From an uncultured Oscillospiraceae bacterium (GTDB taxonomy: Bacteria; Bacillota; Clostridia; Oscillospirales; Oscillospiraceae): DNA of 64,000 nt. Position 1 is the stretch's first letter, and every line of letters begins with the position of its first letter. The DNA lies in NCBI GenBank assembly GCA_910584395.1, contig CAJUAS010000001.1:116887-180886 (forward strand), in the 5' to 3' direction. The notes under the pieces are model-generated. The model did not search any database and was not told where the DNA came from. It saw nothing but the letters and a program-made list of their open reading frames with translations. This document shows, one piece after another, positions 12,001-24,000 of the stretch. Made by a program: the position numbers and the translations under genes.

Positions 12001-15000
12001 GACATAGGCCTGACCCCATGTATAGATCTTGCCCTCGTGGGTCAGAGCCATCAAATGGCTGTGGCCGGCGGCCAGCTCCACCACGCCGCTGAGGCCCTTC
12101 ACCTTGGTGGGCACATAGCGGTCGAGACGGTCGGACTTGGTGGTCTTGGCGTTGCCGGAGGCCACCGTGCCGCGGCCCAGCTGGGCCATGTCGTTCTTGC
12201 CCCAGACATACACCGTTCCGTCGCTGCGCAGAGCCATGGTGTAGAAGTCACCGGCCTCAATGGCGACGATGTGGTCAAGGTACTTGTAGCCCACGTTGGA
12301 GGAGATGCCCCGCACCGCCGCCTCGCCGCGCACCACGTGGGTGGGGGTGGTGACGGTATCCCGGGCGGAGAGCTTCTCCGCTTCGCTGATCATCAGGTTA
12401 TAGAAGGTGTCCTCCCGCAGGCGGGTGAAGCTGTTGTTCCAGTTGTAATGCTGGTAGAGATCATGGGTGGAGACGGCGGAGGCGTAGTTGATACCCCAGC
12501 TCCACTTGTCGATGTTGTTGCCGTTGGCGTCCTCATAGCTGGCCGCGTCGATGCCCAGCTGGCCGAAGCCGTCGTTGCCCCAAGCCCACAGCGTGCCGTT
12601 GGAGTCCAACGCCACGGCGTGATCCTTACCGGCGGAGATGTCCACGATGATGACGTTCTCGTCCGCATCCCCGGCAGCGGGGGTGGAGGGCACATCACCG
12701 GCCATATAATCCTCGTCGAAGCTCTTGGAGAAGTCCACCTTGGTGGCGTAGCCGCCGTTGGCCACGGGCGCTGCGCCCCAAGCCCAGACGTTGCCCCACA
12801 GATCCAGAGCCAGCGTGTAGGCGTAGCCCGCAGACACCGCCACAATGTGGTGGAGGGTGTCGCCGGTGTTCTCCAGCGTGTCGCGGTCAAGCACTTCGCC
12901 GCAGGCGCAGGTATAGGTGTACGGCGCGCCCAGAATGGGCTTGCCGTCGGCGTCGGTCACGGTGTTGCCCTCGGTGTCCTTCACCGGCGTGCCGGTAAAG
13001 GCGCTGTGGGGGATCAGCTCATCGCAGTTCGGGCAATAGTAGTACGCTTCCTGCTCGCCGCGGAGAACAGGAATGGGATAGGAGAAGGAATTGTCTGTGC
13101 CGTCGCCCAGCTGGCCCATGCCGCCGTAGCCCCAAGTCCAGACCGTGCCGTCCGCCTTGAGGGAGACGGTGTGGGCATAGCCCGCGTCGATGGCGGGGGT
13201 GGCCACGTCGCGGCGCGGACGCTGCTCGTGGTGAATATCGCTGGCCTGACGGCTGACGAAGATCTTCACCAGCATGGAATAGACCGTGCCGCCGGCGGCG
13301 GTATAGCGGATCTCCACCATGGTAGAGCCCATGGTGGTCTTGCTGGGTGTAAAGACGAGGGAACCCTTGTCCGCGCTGGCCTTCAGCGTACCAATGCGGT
13401 CGTCCATTACCTTGTAAGCCAGATCGTCGGTGGTCATGCCGGTCTTAAAGAGAGCCTCAGGATCGTTGCGATCCAGCAGGTCGAAGCCGGACATATACTG
13501 CTTCACGATATCCGCCACATAAATTACGGCGGTCTGCTCATCCCGGAGACGGATGATCTCCGTACCGATGTTGTAAACCACGGCGTCGCTGCCCAGCTGG
13601 GGATCGCGCTCCACGCCATGGGTGGTGTTGGCGTCATCGCTGAACATCATCAGGGTCGCTTCCACCTCGCCCACGCGGACGGGGTAGGTGTGGGTGGCGT
13701 CCAGATTCACCTTCACGCTGTCGGGATCGTTGAAGGTGGGCAGATACCGCTTCTGGGCGTCGGAAATACGATGGGCGTGGTCGGAATCAGTATACGCGTC
13801 GGGATCGAGGGACGCGTCCTCGTAACCGGTATAGATGTAGCTGCCATCGGGCACAGCGCGGTTGGTGAGGTTGTCGCCCAGCTTCCAGTCGTTGTTCTGA
13901 CCCCAGCCCCAAACCGTGCCGTCGTCCTTGAGGGCGATGACATGGTTGTAGCCGCCTGCGGCGGAACGCAGGTTGGTAATGGCGACATTGTAATTGTCGC
14001 CGGTATAGGACACGGACACACCCGCCAGCACCAAGGTGGGCAGGATGTTCTCGCTGTCGGCGGCCTTGGCGGTATCGTCCACGGTGGTGATGCCCAATTG
14101 CCCGTACTGGTTGCGGCCCCAAGCGTACAGCTTGCCGCTCTGATCCAGCGCGTAGCTCTGGTGTTCGCCGGCAAAGACCGCCACCAGAATGATGTTGTCG
14201 CCGCCCACAGGTGCGTCATAGGTCGAGCCAAACCAATCGTGGCTGTTGGTGGTGGAGGGATCGGCCAGCACCCGAACGGGGGTGGTGGAGCTGTAATCCA
14301 CATAGTCGTGATTACCGTCGGCGGCGGTGCCGAAGTGATCCATGCTCCACGCGCCCAACTGGCCGTAGGTGTTGTCGCCCACGGTGTAGACCTCGCTGCG
14401 AACCTTGGTCTTGTCGGTGGGATGATCCACCCGCACAAGGATCATGGTGTGGTTGAGGCCCGCAGACACCATATAGGCGTTGCGGAGGTAAGGATCGGTG
14501 GAAGCGGACATCCCCGCCAGCATCAAAACGGGCATCCCGCGGTCATCCTTGGTGCTGTCGCCCAGCTGGCCGTTGTCGTTGCGGCCCCAAGCCAGAACAT
14601 AGCCGTCGCTGCGGATGGCGAAGGAGTTATAGTGGCCTGCGGCGATGGCGGTGATGGAGCCAAGGTAGTCGGTATCCGACGCGCTCTGGCCCTTCACGAC
14701 CTTCTGGGGTACATCGGAGAAGTCCGTGCCCACGCTGGTGCCGCGGCCAAGCTGATAATTGCCGTTGTCGCCCCAAGCCCAGACCTCGCCGCCGGCGTAG
14801 ACAGTCTCTGCGTTGCCGGCGGTATAGCGCACGGTCTCCGCGCCGCGGGTCAGGGCCAGCGTATGGTTGTAACCGGCGGCCACAGAGGTGAAGAAGGGCT
14901 GCTTCTCCAGCACTTCGCCCGCCTCGTCCTTAAAGACGACCTTGGTGGCGTAGTCATTCTTATGGGGAACGGTGGTGTCAATGTCCTCGGTGGGATTGCC

Positions 15001-18000
15001 CTCGGCGTCCTCGACATAGGTCGGCTCGGTGGCATAGCCCAACTGGCCGTAAGTGTTGTCGCCGGTGGTGTAGACCTCGCCCTTGTCGGTCAGCATGACC
15101 AGATGGTTCGCGCCGGCGGCGATGGCCACCACGTTTTGGATGTACTGCCGCCCGGTCTCCGCCAGATTCTCGATCTGCACCTGAGTGGGCGTGGTGCGGG
15201 TGACGTGGGTGCCGTCGCCCAACTGGCCATAGTCATTGTTGCCCCAAGCCCAGACCGTGCCGTCGCTCTTCAACACGGCGGAGAAGTTGAGACCGGTGGC
15301 GATCATGGGCGCGACCCGGATCTCAGAGACGATCTTCTGGGTCACGGTCAGGCGCAGCGAACCAACGTGACCGGACACGGGGTTGGTCACGCGGATGACG
15401 GTCACGCCGGTGTGCCCCTCCACGGGGGTCATGGTGGCGACCTTGCTGGCGGCGCTCACGGTGGCAACGGTGTTGTCGCCGGACGTCCACTGGACGCTGC
15501 CGGCGTCGGCGGCGCGCATGGACAGGCTGCGGGAGTTCACCAGCAGATTGAAGCCGGACAGGAACACCTCCACCAGCGCGGTCTGGTCGGCGGCGGAGTA
15601 GTCCACCTTGGCGATCTCGTTGGCGGCGATGGTGAGCTGGGCCACCGTGCCGTCGGTGGGCAGAGGCCCGGCGGGATTCCAAGCGGCTGCGCCGCTGGTG
15701 GGATCGAAGGTGACGGTACGGGCCAAGGTCTCGCTGCCGTCGTCGGCCACGGTGTAGACACTGGCCTTGTAGATGGCCATGCCCTTGGACTCCAGATCGC
15801 CCACCTGAACGGGCGTGCCGGTGATGAAGCCGTTGTTGGCGGAGACGGTATTCTCATAGACGGTGGCCGTGCCCAGCTTATAGCCCTCGTTGGAGCCGGA
15901 AGCGAACACGAAGCCGTCGGCGCGGATCATCAGGGAGTGGGTCGCACCCGCCGCCACCGCCAGCGCACCTTGGAAGGTGTTCTCGGCGTTGGCGTTGAAG
16001 CTGTCGCCCCGGGCTACAGGGGACGCGGTGCGGATATAATAGGCGTCGTTCTCGGCGTTGACGCTGCCCCAATTATTTTCGTTGTTGCTGCCCGCCCCGG
16101 TGTCGGTGTGGGTGGAGTCGTCCAGACCCACGCCGGTCTGGCCCTTGCTGTTGAGACCCCAAGCATACACCGCGCCCTTGTCCTCCAGCACGGCCATACC
16201 GTGGCTGTCGCCCATGACCACATAGCTCACGCCGGACAGCTCGCTGCCGTCGGCGGTCTTCATCAGGGTGGGCCGGACGATCGAGCCATAGGCCGTGGAG
16301 TTGAGGTTGGCCCGGGCCAAAACGGGGGTGGCTTCGCCGTCGGCGTTCACCAAGGTGTTCCCCTGAACGTCGGCGGTGACAAAGTAGTCGCCCACACCCG
16401 CCTGATAGGCGTTGTTCGCGCCCCATGTGTACACCTTGCCGTCCATGGTGACCGCAGCGGAGGTGTTGCCTCCCGCGGCGATGGAGCGGATGCCGCGCAA
16501 GGGCGCGGAGGCGGAAGCCCCGGCGGGCAGACCGTGGACAGGCACGGTCTTCATGACCGCCTCGGCGGTCTCCCCTGCCTCCAGCGTGATCTCGCTGTCG
16601 TCGGCGACCGCATAATACTTTCCGCCGGCCTGATAGGCGGCCACGTCAGAGCCGTCCGCCTTGTGAACGGTGAAGAGAGGACGGCCGTTTCCGTCGGTGT
16701 CCTGAACCTCTTGCGTGCCGGTCTGAACCTCAGTGACGATATCCGTGTAGGCAAACTGCGTGCCGCTCACAGTGACATAGGACAAAGCCTTCTTCAGCCC
16801 GCCCCAAGTCTCCGTCACCACAGGCGCGGGGGTGGTATAGCGGGCGTCATCCACCGCCACAGCGACAGGCACAAGGTAGTCGCCGGCCATGGTACGGCGG
16901 GCGTTGCTGTAAGAAGTTCCGGCGTTGTCGGCCACAAACTTGCCCGTGGTGGCGTCCACCACGTTGACGGTAGCGTTAGCGGAGGCGTTGGAGCGGCGGG
17001 CGCCTGCGCCCAGCTGACCCCAAGTATTGCCGCCCCAAGTGTATACCGTGCCGCCGGCGGCCTCGGTGTAATCGGCCAGAGCCATGAAGTGCTCCTCGCC
17101 CACCGCCACCTGATGCACGGCGGCAAGACCCGCCACCTCGGTGACCTCAGCAGCAGAGCCGTCCGTCCAAGTAAGCACCTTTCCACCCACGGTGAGGGCG
17201 ATGGCGCGATTGTGGTAGACGGAGATCTGGGCGATCTTGTCGGTGATCCCGGCCACAGGCGCGGGCGCGCCGTTTTCGTCGCCGTAGCCGCCGCCGAAGC
17301 CCCACAGCGTGCCGTCGGCCGCGATGGCAAAGGTGTAGGTATCGCCCGCGGCCACGCCGGTGAACTTCACAGAGGCATTGCCGTTCTTAATGTCCAGATG
17401 GGCGGGATACTCGCGGTAGTTGACGGTCTTATATGCACCCTGCGCGTCGGCAAGGCCCAGCTGACCGCTGGTGTTGTCGCCCCAGACCCACAGCGTGCCG
17501 TCCTCGGCCAGCGCCACAGAGTGGTTGACCCCGGCGGCCACGGCGGAGTTGGTGGCCTTGCTGTTTTCCCGGAAGGTGATGCGGGTGACGCCCTCGGCGA
17601 CCTTGTTGCCCGCGCTGTCAAAGACCTTGATGGTGAGATCCGTCGCGCCGAACTTGGTGGCGTCGGCGGAGGAGACGGTGACCGTCGCGCCCGTGGCGTG
17701 GCCGTAGGCGTCCACCGTGTTGTTAAACGTCCCGATGGTGAGGTCGCTGAGGGTATAGGTCACACTGCCGCCGGCGGGAACGTCGGTGTAGTACGCGTCG
17801 CGGTAGAGGTTAAAGCCGTCGCTCTGCTGGAGCTTCGTCCCGGCGACGCCCGCGCTGATGGTGAGGGTGTCGGTCACGCCCATAACGATAAAGTCAGGCA
17901 GCGCCTTGCCCTTAGTCAGGTCGTAGGTCGCGGTGGTCGTGCCTTGGGTCAGCGTGCCGGTCACGGCCTTCACCGAGAGCTTGTTGCCCTGACCCGCCTG

Positions 18001-21000
18001 AACGGGCAGGTTCTTGGAGGCCACGGTGGTGTCGCCCAGCTGGCCGCTGGTGCCTCGGCCCACGGCGTAAACCGTGCCGTCGGTCTGATAGAGGTAGGTG
18101 GTGTTGTCCCCGGCGGCCACGGCGGCGTTGCCGGTCATGTAGACGGGCACGCGGCTGTCCACAGGCTGCTTGGCCTGCGGGGCTTGGAGCTTCACCGGGC
18201 CGACGGTGTCGTCGTGTTCCTTGGTAATGGTGTTCTGGGCGGTGGTGTACGCCTGCGCCAGCTGGCCGTCGGTGTTTACGCCCATGCCCCAGACGATGCC
18301 GTCCGGCTTCGGCCCGGTCATCATCAGGATATTGTCGCCGCCTGCCGCCACCTGATAGACATCAGAAATGGCGTTGGTCACATGGGAGCGGTCAGAGTCC
18401 TTGGTCATCAGGTCGGTGGTGACCACGGTGGGACGCGTCCACTGATACTCCGCGGAGGTGTAGTTGTGGGGCTTGAGGACACCGCTCACCAGAGCATATC
18501 CCTTGACATAGCCGTCCTTGGAGGTCTCCACGGTCTGGAAGACGCTCATCTGCCGCCCAGCGTCCACATCGGTTACCTGACGGATAAAGCGGGACTCGTT
18601 CACATGAGCCATATCCCGCCCGGCGGGGTTATTGCCCCGGGCCACGGGCAGGGCGATGGTGGTGGTGTAGTCGTATTCCAAGCCGAGCTGCTGGCCGTCC
18701 CCGGCGTTCTTGGTGACGTTACGACCCCAAGAGACCACGGAGCTGTTGTCCAGCAGGGCCAGCATATAGCCGTCGCCGGCAGACAGCTCCACCACGTTGC
18801 GGAGGTAGCCGTCATAAGCGAAGTTGGTCTGCGCCTTGCCCGCCGCGCTTGCGCCCGCCAAAACGCGGACGGGGACGTTGCGGTTGGCGGTGGCGTTGTA
18901 GCCCAACTGGCCATAGGTGTTGTTGCCCCATGTATACACATAGCCGTTCTCGTCCACCGCGCCGGCGAAATCGCCGCCTGTGCCGCCGACGTAGTCGCCG
19001 CCGGCGGTGATGGCCTTGATGCCGGTGAGGTAACGCTCGTCGGTGTCGGCGTTGGGCTGGTCGCCCTTGAGGACGCGGACGGCGAAGGTGTGGTTGGCGG
19101 TGTCAAATGCGCCGATGCCCAGCTGGCCCGCATTGTTGCGGCCCCAAGTCCAGACATACCCGTCCTTATCCAGCGCCACGGCGAAGGTGTCGCCTGCCGC
19201 GACGGAGACGATGCCGGTCAGCGGCGTGCCGTACACGTCGGTGACCACCTGAACGGGCACGGTGCGGTTGGTGGTAGAGCCGTCGCCCAGCTGGCCGTAG
19301 GTGTTCAGACCCCAAGTCCAGACCGTGCCGTCGGTACGCAGGGAGACAGCGAAGGCAGAGCCGCCCACGATCTGCGGCGCGGCCACCCGGTCGCTGGCTT
19401 TCACGCCGCCGCCCAGCGTGGGCGTGGCGGGGGTATCGGGCACGACGGTGAGGGCGATGATGCCGTATTCAGACGTGCCGTTGTTGCCTGTCTTCTTGTT
19501 CGGGTCGGTCTCGCCCGTCCACTTGACCAGAATGTTGGCCGTGCCGTAGCAGCGGTCATTGGCGCGGGCGTCTTGCGTTTCAGTGGCCGTGCGGATGATG
19601 ATCTTGTCCCCCTCCACCTTTGCGGTGGCCACGTTGTTGTTGGAGGAGGCCACGGTAAACGTGCCCGTGAGGTCGCCGGTCTCCCGCAGGGTGCGGCCGG
19701 TGGTCTCAAAGCTCTCCAGCGGCTTGTTGCCCGTGGTGGCGTCGCCCACGGCCGCCTTCTTCAGGTCGGTGGTGGACAGCTCATTCCACAGCAGGAAGCC
19801 GGAATTGTACTTGGTGGTGATCTTGTTGATATCCAGCGTCAACGTCTGGTTCTCGTGGATGGTGACGTGGGCGATCTGGCTGTCGTGGCTGGCGTAGATG
19901 TCGTCCGACGTGCCGTCGTCGGTGCTGGGACGCACCTGATCCAGTACCGCGTTCGTCCCGGCCTTGGCGGGATCGTTGCCCGCGCCGGTGTCGGCGGCGT
20001 CGGTGAGCCAGAAGGTGCTGCCGTTCTTGTTGGTGATGCCCATGGCGTTGTTGAGGAACAGGGCATGGTAGTCGTCCGCGCCCACGCGGAAGGGATAGGT
20101 GCGCCACGCGGGATCGGCGTTGCCGGCGCGATTGGCCTGATTGAGGTCGGAAAGGACGGTGGCGTCGGTGACCGCAATGTCCTCCACCTTGTTGTTGTAA
20201 TAGCTGCCCAACTGCTGGTTGGCGTTGTTGCCCCATGCGTACACAGAGCCGTCGTCCCGCAGGGCCAGACCGTGCTTGTCGCCCAGCACAAGGGACAGCA
20301 CTTTGTCCAGCCGCTGGTCGTATGCGTTGGAGTTATAGTAGCGCAGATCGCTGACGCCCCGGTTCTCTTTGGCGTCAGTGTTGTATTTGTCAACGGTGGA
20401 GAATTCCGGCTGCTGCTCCACGCCCACGCTTAGGTTGCGTCCGGCGATGTAGCCGTAGCCCTCTTCGGTCATCACCGTCAGGGTCGAACCGCGGGCGTAG
20501 AGCTGGGACATATGCTCCCCGGCCCAAAGGTCGTTCTTCACCTTGATGGCCACCAGAGAGTCGTCGTAGTTGCCCTGCGTCTTGCCGGCGTCCGCATAGC
20601 CCTGAACCAGCTGGCCGCTCTCGTTTGCGCCCCAAGCGTAGACATTGTCCTGCCATGTGGTTGTGGCGGGAGCAGCCTTAGCGTCAGAGGGGTAGGTCGC
20701 GCCGATGCCGATGGCGGCGGCGGCAAACTTGTCGCCCATGCCCATGGCCACTGCGCCGCGCAGGTAGTTATCATAGGTAAACGCCTTCAGCTCGGCGTCC
20801 GCGCCGGTGGCTTCCACCGCCATAGGCACGTCCTTGTTGTTCCAGTTGCGCTCCGCCGGCTCGCCCCATGCACCGCCGCTGCGAGCCTTGCTCTTATTAT
20901 CATCGCCCATACCGATCTGGCCCTTGTCATTGAGACCCCATGTATAGATCTGGCCATTGGACAGCAGGGCGGCGGAGGACTTGCCGCCGGCGGCAATGGC

Positions 21001-24000
21001 AATGACGCTGTGGAGGCGCGGCTCTTTGTTGGAGCCACCCACCAGACCGTCCACAGGCACAGGATCGGTCTGGTCGACGCTTGTGCCGTCGCCCAGCTTG
21101 CCATGCTCGTTCGAGCCCCATGCAAAGACGTGGCCGTCCTCGGTGAGGGCCAGATAATGGTCGATGCCGCCCGCCACGCTGATGACCTTTTCGTTGTTAA
21201 AGAACTTCTGGTCGATGGCGGTCATGGTGGTAATAACGCCGGAGGTGGCGGTCGTCGGCGCAGTATACACCTGCCCGTCGGCGGTGACCGCCAGCATGGT
21301 GTCGTCCGCGGCGGAAATGTCCACAATATTGTCCACAAGCTCGGTGGTGGTGACGCCGTCGCGGGTCACACGCACGCCGGTGATCCGGGCAGGGCTGCGT
21401 CCGCCCGTCGTGCCCCAAGCCCACACCGTGCCGTCCGCCTTCAACGCCATGGAGTAGTTGGCCGCGGCGGCGATCTTGGGCGCGGCGATCATCTGCACCG
21501 TCTCGTTCAACTCGCCCACGTTGCGGAGCACCTGACGGATGGTGATGGTGATCATGCCTTGGGCCTTGGTAACGGTATCATAGACGGTGAGCGTGCCCTC
21601 GCCGTAGTAGCCCTTCTTGTTGGCCTCGATGACCAGATCGCCGTCCTCCACCTTGACGGTGAAGAGCCGCTCGTCGGACACGCGGTAGATGAAGCGGTCG
21701 TCGCCCGCGTGGGCGAGGCCCGTCCAGTGCTTCGCACCGGCGGGTGCGTCCGCCACATCAGCCAGAGTGATCTCATTGTCGCGGGTGGTGGCGTTGTTGA
21801 TGGTGGTGGCGAGACCGCTGTGGGAGGCGATGGGGTCGCGCTCCGTCCACTGGCTCAGGTTCAGGCCGTAATACTTGGCCTGAATGAGACCGGTGACCTT
21901 GGCGGTGTCGCCCTCGTTGAGGGTGAAGAAGGGATGGGCCTCGTCAAAGATGTTTTCGGTGGGTTCGTTGGTGACCGTGCCGTCCTCGGCGGTGGCGTCG
22001 GCGTACTGCGCGCCCACCATCACCAGCTTTTCCAGCCCCATGTCGCCGGCGCGTCTGGGAATGGCGGTATTGAAGTCCGTGCCGTAGTTGCCGGCCTTGC
22101 CGAAATCATACGCGCCGCTGTTCGCGCCCGGCCGCCAGCCCGTGGGCCAAGCCCAGAGGTTGCCGTCGGCCTCGAAGTTGTCCTGAACGCCCAGCTGGCC
22201 CATGGCCTGAGAGCCGGAGGTATAGATCTCGCCGGTCTCGGTGAGGAAGATGCCCGTCGCGCCGAACTGGCCGTTGGACACGTCCATATCCACCACCTTG
22301 GGCAGATTGGTCTCGCCGTCGGTGGCGTTCCAGTGGTTGGAAATGCGCTTGGCGGTGTTGTTAAAGGTATCGCTCACCGCCCCTTCGCCAAGGCCGAGCT
22401 GACCCTCGCCGTTGACGCCCCAGACATAGGTCACGCCGCGCCCGCGTTCGGTGGCCTTGCCGTTGGCGTCATGGTAAGAGCCGGTGACATGATAGGAGTT
22501 GTTGTGGGACTCCACCGAGGTCAGGTAGAAGTCGCCGTCCGCGGTGGTGTAGGTCTCGCCGTTGAAGGCAACGCTGCCCGCGCCGGCGAAGAGATCCGCG
22601 CCGGCCTTCATGCCGTTTGCGGCCACGCCGATCACGCCCCGCTGCTCGCGAGTGGTGAGGACGGGCACAGTGCCCATATCCACGCCGGTGATGTTGCGCT
22701 GATAGAAGTCCTCGCCGGTGTGATCGGAGTTGACCTCGATGGCCAGCGCGTCAGCGGCGTCAGCCAGCGTCTTGTCGTTATAGATGTGCTGGACGCGGTT
22801 GCCAGCAAAGGGATCGCTCCCGGCGGCAATGTAGTGGGTCAGATAGCTGTTCCCGCTCTTGTTGGAGGACGCGCTCTGATAGTACACCGAGCCGTCGGCG
22901 GCCAGCGCCACCAAGCCGTCCTTGGAGACGTTGAAGTCAATGATGTGCTCCAGCGTGTTGCCATCCTGGTCGGTCATATAGCGGTTGACAATGCTAAAGC
23001 CATCGTTATTGCCCAAGTTGCCGTAGGCGTAGTGCTGGTAGAGTTTGCCATCGGCTGTAAGACCATAGTATACGGCCATGGCGGTCTTGGTCCACTCGCC
23101 GTTCAAGAAGTGGTCGGAGCTGAACTGGACAGTCCGGGCATAGTTCAGATCCATGCCAGAGGTGACTCCCACCTTGATAATATTGGTGGGCCAGTTGGAG
23201 ACTTTGATGGGCTGGGCAGCGTAGTAGTGGTACGTCCGGGTCTCCCACTCGTCATGAGTACAGTGATAGTGGGACACATTCCAGTTGTGATAATAGTATT
23301 TGCTGGCGATCCAGCCCCACTGCCAAGCCTGTCCGTCCTCATCCACAGCGATGGAGACGGCGTTGCCGGCCGCAGCATGGATGATTTTCTTGCCGCCGAA
23401 GGCGGAGGCAGAGATCTGCTGGGGCGTATCCTGATGCACTGTGTCCAGAATGATCGTCTCTCCCGCCCGGTCCTCCTCTATGCGGAAGATGTCCGTCTGG
23501 ATAACCTCTTCGGAACGGTCGCCGCCTCTGCCGCAGTTGGTGGTGTGGGCATAGAAGGTGGTCTTGGTCTCGCCCTGAGTTCCTGTGCCCAGCTGGCCGC
23601 GGAGGTTGCCGCCCCAAGAGTAGAGCGCGCCCTCAGAGCTGACCGCCAGCATATGGTCGCCGCCGGCGACGATCTGCGGCACGGTCACCAACGCCTGATT
23701 GTTGCCCGTGGGCGGCGTGGTCACGGTGGTAGTGGTCTCGTTGCCGTCCTCGTCGGTCTCCACGGTGGTCGTGGTGACGGGCAGGAGGCCGTTGAGCTGA
23801 TAATTCTGGGCGGTGTTGTCCTCGTCATAGGCGGGAACGACCCGGATGATGACCAAGCTCTGGGCCTTATGCTCCAGATCTTGGAACACCACGGTCACTT
23901 CTCCGCCCGCGCCAAGGGCCTTAAGGTCGCCGTTGGCGTCCAGATCGTGGTTGGGAATGATGTCCACCTTGGTGGGATAGCAGGGCTCGCCGGTGGAGGT

